Positions 52,066-63,387 are shown, counted from the first letter of the stretch. The stretch: 64,000 nucleotides of DNA from an uncultured cyanobacterium (GCA_963744145.1 CAVUSO010000001.1:3520001-3584000), one strand, 5' to 3'. Notes: generated by a model from the sequence alone, not told the origin. Numbers and translations are program-made.

Positions 52066-53259
52066 TTGGAAAAATTGAAAATTTTGGTGATTAATAATGT
52101 CTATCCTCCTCAGGTAATTGGGGGATATGAACGGGCGATCGCTGACTATGCAAGAAGGTTGCACGAGCGTGGTCATTCAATTCTGGTATTAACAACTAAT
52201 ACACCAGATCTTCCTACTGCTTACATAGATACCGATCCAGAACCGTTTCCCATTCGACGCTGTTTGTCCCTGTGTGGTGCTTGGACTAATCAAGGTCCGA
52301 AGCCGTTCACCTTTAATGAAGTAGCAGCCATAATTCTCAAGAACCGCGAGAATATAGCGCCGGAGTTGCTATCATTTCAACCGGATGTTTGTTTAGCTGG
52401 TAATATGGATTTCTTGAGTATACAAATTTTGGAGCAAGTGTTGGCAAGTGGTGTACCAATTGCCCATTATGTAATGAATCCTTATCCAGGATATCAACCT
52501 GAATTTGCGCCGCGAACTTCTTGGTATCGATACATTAGTGTTAGTGATTTTATTCGCAACGCATTACAGGAATATGGTTGTCCAGTCAAGACAGCTCTGA
52601 CTATTTATCCAGGAGCAGATGTTGATATATTTTATCAAGCTGAACTACCACCCCGAGATCAACTCCGGATTGCCTATGCTAGTTTAGTGATGTACCATAA
52701 AGGAGTAGATATCCTGCTCGAAGCTCTTTACTTACTTTATACTTCTGGCATTGAATTTACTGCTACAATTGCTGGTAGCTCCCTCACTCCTGAATTTGTC
52801 CAGAAACTGCATGAATTTGTTGAGTCAGAAGGTTTACAGGATGTAATAACTTTTACTGGTCTTCTCTCCCAGCAAGAACTTAAGCAACTATACCGTACCC
52901 ACAATGTCTGGATCTTAGCTTCTCGCTTTCACGAACCTTTCAGTATTGGCTTAATTGAAGCTATGGTAGCTGGTTTAACCATCATTGCTAGCAATATGGG
53001 TGGTTCCCCGGAAGCAATCGAAGATGGTGAAAGTGGCTTAATTTTTGCATCAGAAAATCCCCTAGATTTGGCGGATCAGCTATCCTATTTAGCACTGCAT
53101 CCTGAACGGTGGGAAGTAATTGCTCGACAAGGACAACAACGAGCATTATCTAAATTCACTAGAACCAGGACGATCGAGCAACTAGAATCTGTTTTGTTTG
53201 AGCTAGCACTCCAAAAAACATCTAATGAGAATCAGTTAGAAAAAGATCGTGTAACTTAG
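52066..53259 (+). CDS. GT4 glycosyltransferase
   Basis: TTG start with GGAGG RBS; 'YPPQVIGGYE', 'EPFSIGLIEAM'. Confidence 0.9.
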   Translation: MEKLKILVINNVYPPQVIGGYERAIADYARRLHERGHSILVLTTNTPDLPTAYIDTDPEPFPIRRCLSLCGAWTNQGPKPFTFNEVAAIILKNRENIAPELLSFQPDVCLAGNMDFLSIQILEQVLASGVPIAHYVMNPYPGYQPEFAPRTSWYRYISVSDFIRNALQEYGCPVKTALTIYPGADVDIFYQAELPPRDQLRIAYASLVMYHKGVDILLEALYLLYTSGIEFTATIAGSSLTPEFVQKLHEFVESEGLQDVITFTGLLSQQELKQLYRTHNVWILASRFHEPFSIGLIEAMVAGLTIIASNMGGSPEAIEDGESGLIFASENPLDLADQLSYLALHPERWEVIARQGQQRALSKFTRTRTIEQLESVLFELALQKTSNENQLEKDRVT

Positions 53260-53314
53260 TCTGGTTGATTGTCTGTCAAAGTATACTTAATTTTAGTAGT
53301 CAGGAGTTAATGTC

Positions 53315-54493
53315 TTGGAAAAACTGAAAATTTTAGTGATTAATAATCTCTATCCTCCTCAGGTAATTGGGGGATATGAACGGGCGATCGCTGACTATGC
53401 AAGACGTTTATCCGATCGTGGTCACCAGGTTCTAGTATTAACAACTGACACCCCAGAACTACCAACTGCTTATAAAGATATTGATGTAAATCCGATCGTT
53501 GTTAATCGTTGTTTATCTCTGCGCGGAGCTTGGACGAAGGAAGGTACGCGGTCTTTGTCCTGGGAAGAAATACAAGTAGTTATTCAAAAGAACCGTGAAA
53601 ATCTAGCCCAGGAGTTGCCATCTTTTCAACCTGATATTTGTCTAGCAGGTAACATGGATTTCTTGGGAGTAGAAATTGTGACACAGGTGTTAGAATTTGG
53701 TGTACCAGTTGCCCATTATGTGATGAATCCTGAACCAGGATATGTGGCTGAGGTTGCACCTAAACATTCTTTATATCAATACATTACTGTTAGTAATAAG
53801 ATTCGAGATATTTTAGAAAAAGATGGTTATCCAGTAGAAAATGCTGTGACTATTTATCCGGGAGCCGATGCGGATATATTTTATCACCCTGAACTACCAC
53901 CTCAAGACAAACTTCGGATTGTCTATGCTAGTTTAGTGATGCTCTATAAAGGTATAGATATTCTTATCGAGGCTCTTTACTTACTCCATGCTAATGGAAT
54001 TGAATTTAGTGCAACCATCGCGGGAGGATCTCTTACTCCTGACCTGATTGATATATTGAAGATGTTTATTGAGAGAGAAGGTTTCCAGGATGCGGTAACT
54101 TTTACAGGTGTTCTTTCCCAAGCAGAACTTAAACAACTGTATCGGACCCATAATGTCTGGATCTTACCTTCTCGCTTTCAAGAACCTTTTAGCATTGGCT
54201 TAATTGAAGCTATGCTATCTGGTTTAACCATAATTGCTAGCAATATGGGTGGTTCCCCAGAAGCGATCGAACATGGTGAAAGTGGCTTAATTTTTGCATC
54301 AGAAGATCCTCTTGATTTAGTTGATAATTTGTGTTATCTCCCGCTCCATCCGGAACAATGGGAAGCGATCGCGAGACAAGGACAGCAAAGAGCATTATCT
54401 AAATTCACGAGAACCATTACCATGGATCAACTAGAATCAGTTTTATATCAACTCATCCTGGATCAAAAAATCTGCTCAGGAAAGTCAAATTAA
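53315..54493 (+). CDS. GT4 glycosyltransferase (tandem paralog)
   Basis: TTG start with AGGAG RBS; same motifs as the upstream gene. Confidence 0.9.
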   Translation: MEKLKILVINNLYPPQVIGGYERAIADYARRLSDRGHQVLVLTTDTPELPTAYKDIDVNPIVVNRCLSLRGAWTKEGTRSLSWEEIQVVIQKNRENLAQELPSFQPDICLAGNMDFLGVEIVTQVLEFGVPVAHYVMNPEPGYVAEVAPKHSLYQYITVSNKIRDILEKDGYPVENAVTIYPGADADIFYHPELPPQDKLRIVYASLVMLYKGIDILIEALYLLHANGIEFSATIAGGSLTPDLIDILKMFIEREGFQDAVTFTGVLSQAELKQLYRTHNVWILPSRFQEPFSIGLIEAMLSGLTIIASNMGGSPEAIEHGESGLIFASEDPLDLVDNLCYLPLHPEQWEAIARQGQQRALSKFTRTITMDQLESVLYQLILDQKICSGKSN

Positions 54494-54530
54494 TTGATTA
54501 GGAATAAAAAATAAATAACTTGATGATTCG

Positions 54531-54564
54531 GTTCGTAGTAAGTGCTTTAGCGCTTACTACAAAC
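54531..54564. repeat. GTAG...CTAC palindrome between convergent genes (possible bidirectional terminator)
   Basis: GTAGTAAGTGCT-TT-AGCGCTTACTAC. Confidence 0.6.
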
Positions 54565-54589
54565 AAGCAAATTATTGAATTTTTATCCC

Positions 54590-57500
54590 TTAGTGATCTA
54601 ATTTCCAGACAGAGAGATTTTCTGCATTAGCCTGTAGTAATGCTGATTTATTTTCATGTTCTAAACTAATCCGACTGTGAATCTTAGACAAAAGTGCTGA
54701 CCATTGGTTTGGGTTCATCTTGTCCAGCAAAGTAATTTCTGGCACTTCGGTTTCATCTAACTCTTTTTGCATGAGTAGATTCATAATTACACCAGATAAA
54801 ACCAGATTTGCATCTTCTGCTGAGATATTGCTGGTATCAAGTAGTACAGTTATTTGATTTTTCTGAGGATGAGTTAAGATGGTGCTAATTAAATTTTCTA
54901 ACTCAAGATAAAGCACATCTTCAGGTTGCTGCCAATCTGGAAAAGCAATTAAGTTAATCGTTCTCAGATTTAAGGTATGGATAAATGTGTCGGATCTTTC
55001 TAAAGCAGATTTTGAGGGTCCGATCGCTACTTCTGGCTCTAACTGATAACGCTGTAGCAACTGTTCAGCTCTAGCGAATTTTGGTAAAATTTTTAATACT
55101 GTTTGTGCAGCTTGTTTAGCTAATTGGATATTACCCATCTTTTCTGCCGTTTGTGCCAAATGCCAAAAAGTACGCCAATAACTATAATTTTGGGTAACTG
55201 GGTCTTCTTTTTGAAACCATACTCCAGTATAATCAATTACACGCAAACCATAAACCTCACCCCGCCGACATTCAAATTCGTCGATCGCTTTTCGACAACC
55301 TTCCCAATGACCATAGTCATCGATCTGAATAATTCCATAGGGAACAATACTGTCATAGAGTGTGTTAAATATATCCATGGTTGACTCGTACCAATCCCCA
55401 TCCGCATGGAGTAAGGCAATATTACCTATCTCTGCTTGGTATTGCGGTAAGGTATCAGCAAATAATCCTGGGACTGGGATCACAAGATCTTTAACATTTA
55501 AAGATTGACAGATTACATCTAAATTTTCCACGATTGGAGCAGCAAGAGTGCCGATGCCAAATTGGGTCATATTCGCAGGAATTCCGTTACTTTTATCAGC
55601 TTCAGTAGGAGCTGGCATCCCTGTAAAGGTATCAAAAGCATATAGCGATCGCGGACGCAAACTATATCTTTTGATTACTAATGCTAGCAATGCTGATGCT
55701 CCTCCTTTGTAAGTACCGCATTCAACAAAGTTACCAGGGAGATCGTCTATACAAATTTGTTTAGCTAGAGAGTAAAGAGAGAATAAACGTTCTTCACTCA
55801 ATAGAGTATAGGGTCGAATCTCCCTCAGAATTTCTTGAAACTCCTGCTCGCGATCGCGAATAACTGGATTTCTATATTGTGCCAAAATATGATGTTGTAT
55901 ACTTTTTTCAACATTTCCTATCTGCCAATAAAGAAAGCTGAGATCGTGATGAACTATTTTCAATTCGGGATTAGCTTTTACGATTTCTGTAAAAATATCA
56001 CTTGCTTGTTTAATTACCCCTTTCACCAAAAATTCTTTACCTTGTTGATAGGATTCAGCTATTTTTTTCTGATCGAAATTATGAGTAACTTTTGGATTAA
56101 AATCATTAGCAAACTTTTGGACATAGCCAAATAACTGAATTAAGAATGAATCAGTTGAATCAAATTCTTGGCTCGGGGAATCAATTAATTTTTTGAGAAA
56201 CCCATTTGTACACCAGGTAAGATTATATCCAAAATAGTCACAATAGTGACTATCAATTTCATATTCATCTGGATGGTTTGCTAAAAATTCTTTTAATGCC
56301 TTATGGGGACCATTATTATAGGAAACATCTTGGCGTAAATCAGAAATAATTCCATCTTCAATGACAATATATTCTTCTGATTTTAAATAAGGATGAAAAA
56401 ATTCTAAAACATATTTACTGGTTTCATAAGCATGATCTGCGTCTTCAATTACCAGTAATGGGCGCACAATTGTGTTCATAAATTCTGGAGTCAACGTGGC
56501 TGACAATGCTCTCCCATCACCCTCTATAAAAGTTACACGAGGATGTTCTAAGGAAGTTATTTTGACGATATCGATTGAATAAATATGTCCGTCAATACCA
56601 AAATTATTCATCATATCCCCGAGCCACAATGCACTACCACCATCCTTAGAACCAATTTCAATAATTGTGCGCGGCTTTAAATTCCAAATTAAAATCGGGT
56701 AAAGTGCTAAGTCAAAGGGATTTTTGATCATGGGCACACCACGATAGGAATAGCTCATGCTACCTTTTTGAATAGACAGAAGGGTATCGCGTGGAAGTGT
56801 TGTATTCCAAGTTCGCTGTTGAGCAGGAATATTTGGTTCTGATTGCCGAAACAATCTGGTTACATTTTCAACTTGAGCTTGTGCTTTAACATGGGTTGGG
56901 TTGATCAATAATTCCGCTTTGGCTGCTGCTAAAGCTTCCTTATGTCGTCCCACATTAGATAGACAAATAGACCTGATATAGTGCATTTCTGGCACATTTA
57001 CACCCATTAATGATGCTTTTTCAGCGATCCGCATAGCATCAACTGGTTTACCACTAGATAATGAATTAATTGCTAGTTTCATCATTTCTTGCACTTGCTG
57101 GACTAGCATTTCCTGATTTTTAGATGGATCATCTACCAGACCACTGATCTGATAATTTTGCAAATGAGTAGGCAAAATCCAGGTAATTTTTGGGTCAGGT
57201 TGATGGGTAACTGGTTCTACATTTCCTCTCCAGGCAACTCCCATAATTTGCATGGTTTGATAAACCATTGTTTGCCACCCTTTTGCTTTCAAGTAGTCCA
57301 AACCTTCGGCTACTGCTGGAGCTGCTAGATCATGGAATAAAATTAAAGCATCTGATTCGGCTAATTGTTCACAAGCGATCGCATCATTCAACGGTCCTGG
57401 TGTTTCATGATTCCCATCTATAAAAATCAGTGACCATTTCCGTTGAGATTGAGCGGCTAATTCTACTACTGTTTGGGGACTAGAGCCAGCAACTAGATTA

Positions 57501-57892
57501 ACTCTCTCCCACACCTCAGCCATTTTTAAGGAATTACTGACACTTTCATAAAAATCAGGTCTTCCTAAAATCGGATCAACTACATCTAACTCTACCCCTG
57601 CTAGTGCTAAATGACAGGCTGACCAACCAAACCAACAGCCAATTTCTAGAGCTTTTTTTCCTTTAAATTTGAGGGCTGTATTATAAAGAATATGAGCTTC
57701 ATCGCGACTGACAAACCCCACACTTGGCACGCGCTGATCCACATACCAGTTATGGGGAATCTCTCGTCGCAAATAAGGCCAAATACAATTATTTGTATCT
57801 CCCGCAATCATATTCGGAAAACATTGATCAGGTTGAATCATCAAAAAATCAGGCGAAATATAATCTCTAGCAGGTAATCCGGTAGGTTCCAT
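54590..57892 (-). CDS. Multi-methyltransferase: Methyltransf_24 + TPR + CmcI-like + TylF/MycF-like + conserved C-terminal domain
   Basis: 'ALEIGCWFGWS..IFIDGNH'; 'GVPMIKNPFD..IIEIGSKDGGS..IEDADH'; 'GNFVECGTYKGG..DTFTG..LHADGDWYES'. Confidence 0.85.
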   Translation of the reverse strand: MEPTGLPARDYISPDFLMIQPDQCFPNMIAGDTNNCIWPYLRREIPHNWYVDQRVPSVGFVSRDEAHILYNTALKFKGKKALEIGCWFGWSACHLALAGVELDVVDPILGRPDFYESVSNSLKMAEVWERVNLVAGSSPQTVVELAAQSQRKWSLIFIDGNHETPGPLNDAIACEQLAESDALILFHDLAAPAVAEGLDYLKAKGWQTMVYQTMQIMGVAWRGNVEPVTHQPDPKITWILPTHLQNYQISGLVDDPSKNQEMLVQQVQEMMKLAINSLSSGKPVDAMRIAEKASLMGVNVPEMHYIRSICLSNVGRHKEALAAAKAELLINPTHVKAQAQVENVTRLFRQSEPNIPAQQRTWNTTLPRDTLLSIQKGSMSYSYRGVPMIKNPFDLALYPILIWNLKPRTIIEIGSKDGGSALWLGDMMNNFGIDGHIYSIDIVKITSLEHPRVTFIEGDGRALSATLTPEFMNTIVRPLLVIEDADHAYETSKYVLEFFHPYLKSEEYIVIEDGIISDLRQDVSYNNGPHKALKEFLANHPDEYEIDSHYCDYFGYNLTWCTNGFLKKLIDSPSQEFDSTDSFLIQLFGYVQKFANDFNPKVTHNFDQKKIAESYQQGKEFLVKGVIKQASDIFTEIVKANPELKIVHHDLSFLYWQIGNVEKSIQHHILAQYRNPVIRDREQEFQEILREIRPYTLLSEERLFSLYSLAKQICIDDLPGNFVECGTYKGGASALLALVIKRYSLRPRSLYAFDTFTGMPAPTEADKSNGIPANMTQFGIGTLAAPIVENLDVICQSLNVKDLVIPVPGLFADTLPQYQAEIGNIALLHADGDWYESTMDIFNTLYDSIVPYGIIQIDDYGHWEGCRKAIDEFECRRGEVYGLRVIDYTGVWFQKEDPVTQNYSYWRTFWHLAQTAEKMGNIQLAKQAAQTVLKILPKFARAEQLLQRYQLEPEVAIGPSKSALERSDTFIHTLNLRTINLIAFPDWQQPEDVLYLELENLISTILTHPQKNQITVLLDTSNISAEDANLVLSGVIMNLLMQKELDETEVPEITLLDKMNPNQWSALLSKIHSRISLEHENKSALLQANAENLSVWKLDH

Positions 57893-57944
57893 CGTTTTTA
57901 CTCTCCTTTTTGTAGATCCGATTTCTAGTTATTATTCTACACAT

Positions 57945-60900
57945 TTATGCCTCAGTCTCTGTCTGAAACAAATTGCTGCTAAAATCAACTAGCTGATAGG
58001 TAGAAATTCTGTCTGCCCCCACCTGGGCGATCGCTTCTTGATTTTCATGGGTCAAGATAATGCGAGCATGAAGTCGCTCCATTAAAGCTTCCCATTGAAT
58101 TTTACTTAAATTACCCATTAAGGAAATTTCTATTTCTGCGGTGACATCCAAATCCTCTTCCATGAGTAAATTCATCACGATACTGGATAAAAGCAAATCT
58201 GCATCTTCTTGTTCAATATTACTGATATCAATCAGCAAAGTCAGGCGATTTTTATCAGGATGAGATGCGATCGCTTTTAATACTGTTGCTAAATCTAATC
58301 CCAGCTCTGCTTCAGGTTGACGCCAATCTGGGAAAACAATTAAATTAATCTCTCTTAATTTTAAATGTAACAGGGTTGTATTAATCAAAATAGCTGCCAC
58401 TGTATTAGCCATTTTTGACCATGAAAAATTTTGAGCTTGGGCAAATCCAGCCGTTCTTAAGGAGTTGCGAATATCATTTTTTTGCACTTCACATAGAGCA
58501 TTTGTCAACCCATTGATATCTTCATCATTAACATATAAAGCTGCTGTCCCAGCTACTTCTGGAATCGAAGCATTAGCACAAGTGATCACAGGACATCCAC
58601 AGGACATCGCTTCCAATACTGGTAAACCAAATCCTTCATATTTGGAGGGATAAACTAATGCTACAGCACCAGCATAAGCTAATCTTAACTCTTCATCACT
58701 AAGTTGTAATAGATGAACAATAACACCTTCAGTATAAGCTCGAAATTGACTTTCTAATACAAATCCCGTTCCGGTACAAACAATCTCAAATCCTTGTTTA
58801 GTACAAAGTTGCGAGAAAGCTTTAAAAAATAACATATTATTTTTATGACTAGTTCCTCCTCCCACGGAAAGAAAATATGGTTTTGTCATGCCATACTTGA
58901 TTTTAAAAGAATTAATTTCTTCTAGCAGGGCTGGATAAAATTTGCGACTAACACCACAATAAGCGACTTTAATAGAGTCTAAAGAAATTGCTGGAAAAAA
59001 TCTTGCTAAGTCGTTGGCTGTGTTTTTTGAAATCGAGATATATGCTGAAGCACGATTAATCGCATGATGTTTTTCTTGCCATACTGGTTCTCTGAGATCA
59101 CTACCCATCACTTCAGGAATCATGTCATAAACCATAAATACAGAAGGTGTCGTGATTGGTGTTGTGTAATAAGTAGAGATAAATAGATCAGCAGATTCTT
59201 CATCACATATTTCTTGCAGCATTTCCCGATCGGTCTCGATGTTAGCATAATTATATGGTGGCACCCATTTATATTTTACCCCACTCATTTTCGGAGCAGT
59301 ACCCCCCCGATCTAGGACGATAATGTACTTAGCAAAACCATTGTCTGTCCATTCTGCTAGCAATGATTTCCAGACCCGGGCAATCCCTGTTTGATGAAGT
59401 TGGAAAAATACACCATCAATCAATATTTTTGGAGATACTTTCTGAACAGGATCGATTTTTGCTGATAATTTTTCTGGTGGTAAAAAGCGCCAGATCTTAG
59501 TATTTTCCTCTTTTTGAGCGATCGGTACTATTCTATAGGAATCGATCGTATCAACCATGGTATCATCGAACACCCATTGGAAATGTTCCCGCAATAAGAT
59601 TGGTAATTTTGTTTGTTTCTGTAATTCTTCCCATTGAGAAACTGCATTTTGATAACCATAATATTGTTCTTTAAATTGCAATTGCTCTGGGGTAACATAG
59701 GCAAAGTGTTGAAAGATCAAACCTTCTTTTTCTGTTTCTTCATGCAAAAAAGGATTTAATTCTGCCAGATCTTGCCATTCCCCACTTGGTAAAGCTTGAC
59801 ATAATCTGGGTGGTTCATGTCTAGCCCAGAATGCTCCCGGTTGATATCTCCATGTCCGCAACCATTCCCAGTCAGGATTTTGAGCATAACAGTTGCGAGT
59901 GCTAATAATTAATTTTTCTCCAACAAAATACCAACACCAGTAAAATGCGGCTGTTTTGGTGGGATTTTCAATAAACATTTGTCGCGCTATACAAATCTGT
60001 TCAGCTGTCCATAATTCATCGACATCTACTTGCCACAGTAAACATTCTGTACGAATATTATTCACTAATGGTGCATTTACCATTTCCCGTTTTCCATCCC
60101 AGAAAATTCCTTCGGGTTTCCGATAAACTGTGACATTTTCTGGATATAGTTGTACTAATTCATCTAAATACTCAGATGTACCATCTTTGCTTCGTCCCTG
60201 ATGATGGATTTCATTAGATATGTAGGCATTATTAGGTAAAGACCAGGCTGTATCATGTTTCAAGTCTGCTACACCTTCAATAATATGCCAATGCCATGGA
60301 TAGGGTAGTTGTCTGAAAACTTCTATGTGATAGTCAATAAATGGTTTACCATTCAGAACGATCGTAAAGAAATGAATTGGTAAATTTAGATTTATATGAG
60401 ATGGAATAGCAACAGATTGTTTTTGACCACAGGCAAGAGTTGATGAATATTCGTGATTGATCAGACGATTTTTGGCAATTTTATGCCAAACTCGTTCAGA
60501 ACCGGGCCAAGTAGGTACAACATCATGAAATGCGATCCACCCACCTTCTTTGATCAGATTGTAGGAAAGTTCAAAATCTTTTAAAACATCTAAAAATTGA
60601 TGAGAACCATCAATAAAAATAAAATCAATTTCCTGTTCACCTGCTAATTCTTGCCATTGACTTAATACTTGGTGGGAATAACCCTGTAAAGGGATTACAT
60701 AGGGAGATAATCCATTTTTTTCTATATTGTTCTGCCAAATATCGAAAAATTTTCGGTCAGGAAAGTCACTATCATTTCCGTCCCAGGTATCAATGCAATA
60801 AATTTTGCGGTTACTTCCTATACAAGCATAAGCCATTGCCACAGTAGAACGTCCTTTATAGGAACCTATTTCCACAATTACAGCCCGATCGGGCAGAGCT

Positions 60901-61688
60901 TTTACTTTATTAAAAAGATACTTTTCTTGTCCAGGAACCATAAAACCTTCGATTGCTTCAACTATTGGTTGGATACTTTTGTAAGTGATCAGGCGATCGC
61001 TGCTAGTTTTTTTGAAGATCGCATAACCATTACGAAGATTTAAGTTTTGGGCAATGAGAGTGTAACTATTATCCTGAGAAAGACGTTGGCGATTTTGATA
61101 ATTTTTAAAAGTATTGACATCATCCAGACAAATATATTTAGCACCATAAACTTCTTCGAGTTCAGCTAAACCTGTAAACTCTGAACCATCGATTAAAACC
61201 AGATCAAAATTATCGATATTGTTTTCTTTTTTAATTTTTTCAATCCCCTCACTTTCAATGCTATAGCTTTTTATATATTCAATATCTTGACGTAACCACC
61301 CTAAAACCATTTCCAAAGGATAAAGATTTAGATTAGTGCTATTGCTTTTATAAAAATCACTAATTTCTGATTCATCAGGAAACTCTGCTAGAGATACAGA
61401 AGAGATATTATAACATTTGACAAAATCATATTGAGCATACCTGTTTTGCAATTCAAAAAATCTTGGTTTTGAGACTTCTAGACAATACAGATTTGGTTGA
61501 TTTTGATTTTCGAGAATTCCGGTTACAAATGCTAATGTGCTTCCTTCACCTGATGAAGAACCTATTTCTAAAATTGTTTTAATATCTGCTTCTTTTGCGA
61601 TCTTGTTCAGATGATAGAATAATTCATCATTTTTGATTTCCGGAGGGATAATTTGATTCAGTTCTGAGTTTTCCATATTTGTAATCAA
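57945..61688 (-). CDS. Two MTase-like domains + GT-A-like domain + GT4 + conserved C-terminal domain
   Basis: 'ILEIGSSSG', 'VEIGSYKGRST..FIDGSH', 'FFTIVLNG..WQVDVDE', 'TGIARVW', 'YPSKYEGFGLPVLEAM'. Confidence 0.85.
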   Translation of the reverse strand: MITNMENSELNQIIPPEIKNDELFYHLNKIAKEADIKTILEIGSSSGEGSTLAFVTGILENQNQPNLYCLEVSKPRFFELQNRYAQYDFVKCYNISSVSLAEFPDESEISDFYKSNSTNLNLYPLEMVLGWLRQDIEYIKSYSIESEGIEKIKKENNIDNFDLVLIDGSEFTGLAELEEVYGAKYICLDDVNTFKNYQNRQRLSQDNSYTLIAQNLNLRNGYAIFKKTSSDRLITYKSIQPIVEAIEGFMVPGQEKYLFNKVKALPDRAVIVEIGSYKGRSTVAMAYACIGSNRKIYCIDTWDGNDSDFPDRKFFDIWQNNIEKNGLSPYVIPLQGYSHQVLSQWQELAGEQEIDFIFIDGSHQFLDVLKDFELSYNLIKEGGWIAFHDVVPTWPGSERVWHKIAKNRLINHEYSSTLACGQKQSVAIPSHINLNLPIHFFTIVLNGKPFIDYHIEVFRQLPYPWHWHIIEGVADLKHDTAWSLPNNAYISNEIHHQGRSKDGTSEYLDELVQLYPENVTVYRKPEGIFWDGKREMVNAPLVNNIRTECLLWQVDVDELWTAEQICIARQMFIENPTKTAAFYWCWYFVGEKLIISTRNCYAQNPDWEWLRTWRYQPGAFWARHEPPRLCQALPSGEWQDLAELNPFLHEETEKEGLIFQHFAYVTPEQLQFKEQYYGYQNAVSQWEELQKQTKLPILLREHFQWVFDDTMVDTIDSYRIVPIAQKEENTKIWRFLPPEKLSAKIDPVQKVSPKILIDGVFFQLHQTGIARVWKSLLAEWTDNGFAKYIIVLDRGGTAPKMSGVKYKWVPPYNYANIETDREMLQEICDEESADLFISTYYTTPITTPSVFMVYDMIPEVMGSDLREPVWQEKHHAINRASAYISISKNTANDLARFFPAISLDSIKVAYCGVSRKFYPALLEEINSFKIKYGMTKPYFLSVGGGTSHKNNMLFFKAFSQLCTKQGFEIVCTGTGFVLESQFRAYTEGVIVHLLQLSDEELRLAYAGAVALVYPSKYEGFGLPVLEAMSCGCPVITCANASIPEVAGTAALYVNDEDINGLTNALCEVQKNDIRNSLRTAGFAQAQNFSWSKMANTVAAILINTTLLHLKLREINLIVFPDWRQPEAELGLDLATVLKAIASHPDKNRLTLLIDISNIEQEDADLLLSSIVMNLLMEEDLDVTAEIEISLMGNLSKIQWEALMERLHARIILTHENQEAIAQVGADRISTYQLVDFSSNLFQTETEA

Positions 61689-61708
61689 CTAAGTTTTCTA
61701 GTCAGACC

Positions 61709-63214
61709 TTAACTGAGATCATATCTTGATAATTTACTAAAATCAATTAGCTGATCGGTAGAAATTCTATCTGCCCCCACCTGGGCGATCGCCTGTTGAT
61801 TTTCATGGGCTAAAATAATTCGAGCCTGAATTTGGGGCATCAAAGCGTCCCATTGAATTTTACTTAAGTTACCCATTAACGAAATTTCTATTTCGACCGT
61901 GACATCTAAATCCTCTTCTATACACAAGTTCATTATTACACTAGATAGAAGCAAATTAGCATCTTCTTGACTAATATTACTAGCATCAATCAGCAAGGTC
62001 AGACGGTTTTTATGAGGATGCACTGCCAGGGTTTTCAATACTATTGCTAAATCTGATCCCAGTTCGATTTCAGGTTGATTCCAATCTGGAAAAATAATGA
62101 AATTAATATCTCTTAATTTTAAAGGTAAAAGAGTAGTATTAATCAAAACTGTTGCAACCGTCTGCGCCATCTTTGACCATGAAAATTTTTGAGCTTGGGT
62201 TAATCCATCCGCAATTAAGGAGTTACGAATATCATTTTTTTGGACTTCACAGAGAGCATTGGTAAACCCATTGATATCTTCATCATTCACATATAAAGCT
62301 GCTGTCCCAGCTACTTCCGGAATCGAAGCATTAGCACAAGTGATCACAGGACATCCACAAGCTAGTGCTTCTAACACTGGTAAACCAAATCCTTCATATT
62401 TAGATGGATAGACCAAAGCAACCGCACCAGCATAAGCTAATCTTAACTCCTCATCACTAGGCCGTAATGGATGGACAACACTACCTTGAGTATAAACCCT
62501 AAATTCATTTTCTAATACAAATCCAGTGCCGACACAAAGAATCTCAAATCCTTGTTTAGTCAAGAGTTGCGAGAAAGCTTTAAAAAATAACATATTATTT
62601 TTATAACCTGCTCCTCCACCCACAGAAATAAAGTAGGGTTTGGTAATCCCATATTTATTTTTAAACCAATTAATTTCTTCCTGTTTGGCGGGAGAAAATT
62701 TATGAGAAACACCACAATAAGCGACCTGAATCGAATCTAACTTAATGGTTGGAAAAAATTTTACTAAGTCGTTAGCTGTATTTTGTGAAATTGAGATATA
62801 GGCAGAAGCATAATTAATTGCATGATGCTTTTCTTGCCATTCTGGTGCTCTAAGATCATCCCCCAATACTTCAGGAATCATATCATAAACTAGCAACACA
62901 GATGGCGTTGTGAGTGGGGTAGTAAAATAAGTAGAAATAAATAAATCAGCAGATTCTTCATCACATACTTCCTGGAGCATTTCCCGATCGATATCTCTTG
63001 TATTAATATTATAAGGGGGCACCAATTTATATTTTATCCCACTCATTTTTGGCATAGTATCTGCTCGATCTAGGACAATTATATACTTGGCAAAACCAGT
63101 TTCTACCCACTCTTCCAGCAATGATTGCCAGACTCGAGTAATCCCGGTTCGATAAGATTGGAAAAATACACCATCAATCAATATTTTTGGAGATACTTCT
63201 TGATTTTTTTTCAT
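61709..63214 (-). CDS. GT4 glycosyltransferase + conserved C-terminal domain
   Basis: 'TGITRVW', 'YPSKYEGFGLPVLEALACG'; paralog of the 3' part of 57945..61688. Confidence 0.9.
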   Translation of the reverse strand: MKKNQEVSPKILIDGVFFQSYRTGITRVWQSLLEEWVETGFAKYIIVLDRADTMPKMSGIKYKLVPPYNINTRDIDREMLQEVCDEESADLFISTYFTTPLTTPSVLLVYDMIPEVLGDDLRAPEWQEKHHAINYASAYISISQNTANDLVKFFPTIKLDSIQVAYCGVSHKFSPAKQEEINWFKNKYGITKPYFISVGGGAGYKNNMLFFKAFSQLLTKQGFEILCVGTGFVLENEFRVYTQGSVVHPLRPSDEELRLAYAGAVALVYPSKYEGFGLPVLEALACGCPVITCANASIPEVAGTAALYVNDEDINGFTNALCEVQKNDIRNSLIADGLTQAQKFSWSKMAQTVATVLINTTLLPLKLRDINFIIFPDWNQPEIELGSDLAIVLKTLAVHPHKNRLTLLIDASNISQEDANLLLSSVIMNLCIEEDLDVTVEIEISLMGNLSKIQWDALMPQIQARIILAHENQQAIAQVGADRISTDQLIDFSKLSRYDLS

Positions 63215-63237
63215 CTTTGGTTGTAATCCCTCTGTTG

Positions 63238-63387
63238 TTAAAAATTGACCTCTCCCCCAACCCCTCTCCTAAAAGGAAAGGGGAGCAAGAATGATTCCGC
63301 ATTCCATTTCTGATTAATTTAATCATCTTAATTGCTCCCCCTTCCCTCTTAGGGAAGGGGGTTGGGGGGTTAGGTCAATATTTTTAA
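63238..63387. repeat. Cyanobacterial palindromic dispersed repeat / MITE-like element
   Basis: TTGACCTCTCCCCCAACCCC...GGGGTTGGGGGGTTAGGTCAA terminal IR with internal CCCCTTCCCT/AGGGAAGGGG hairpins. Confidence 0.75.
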
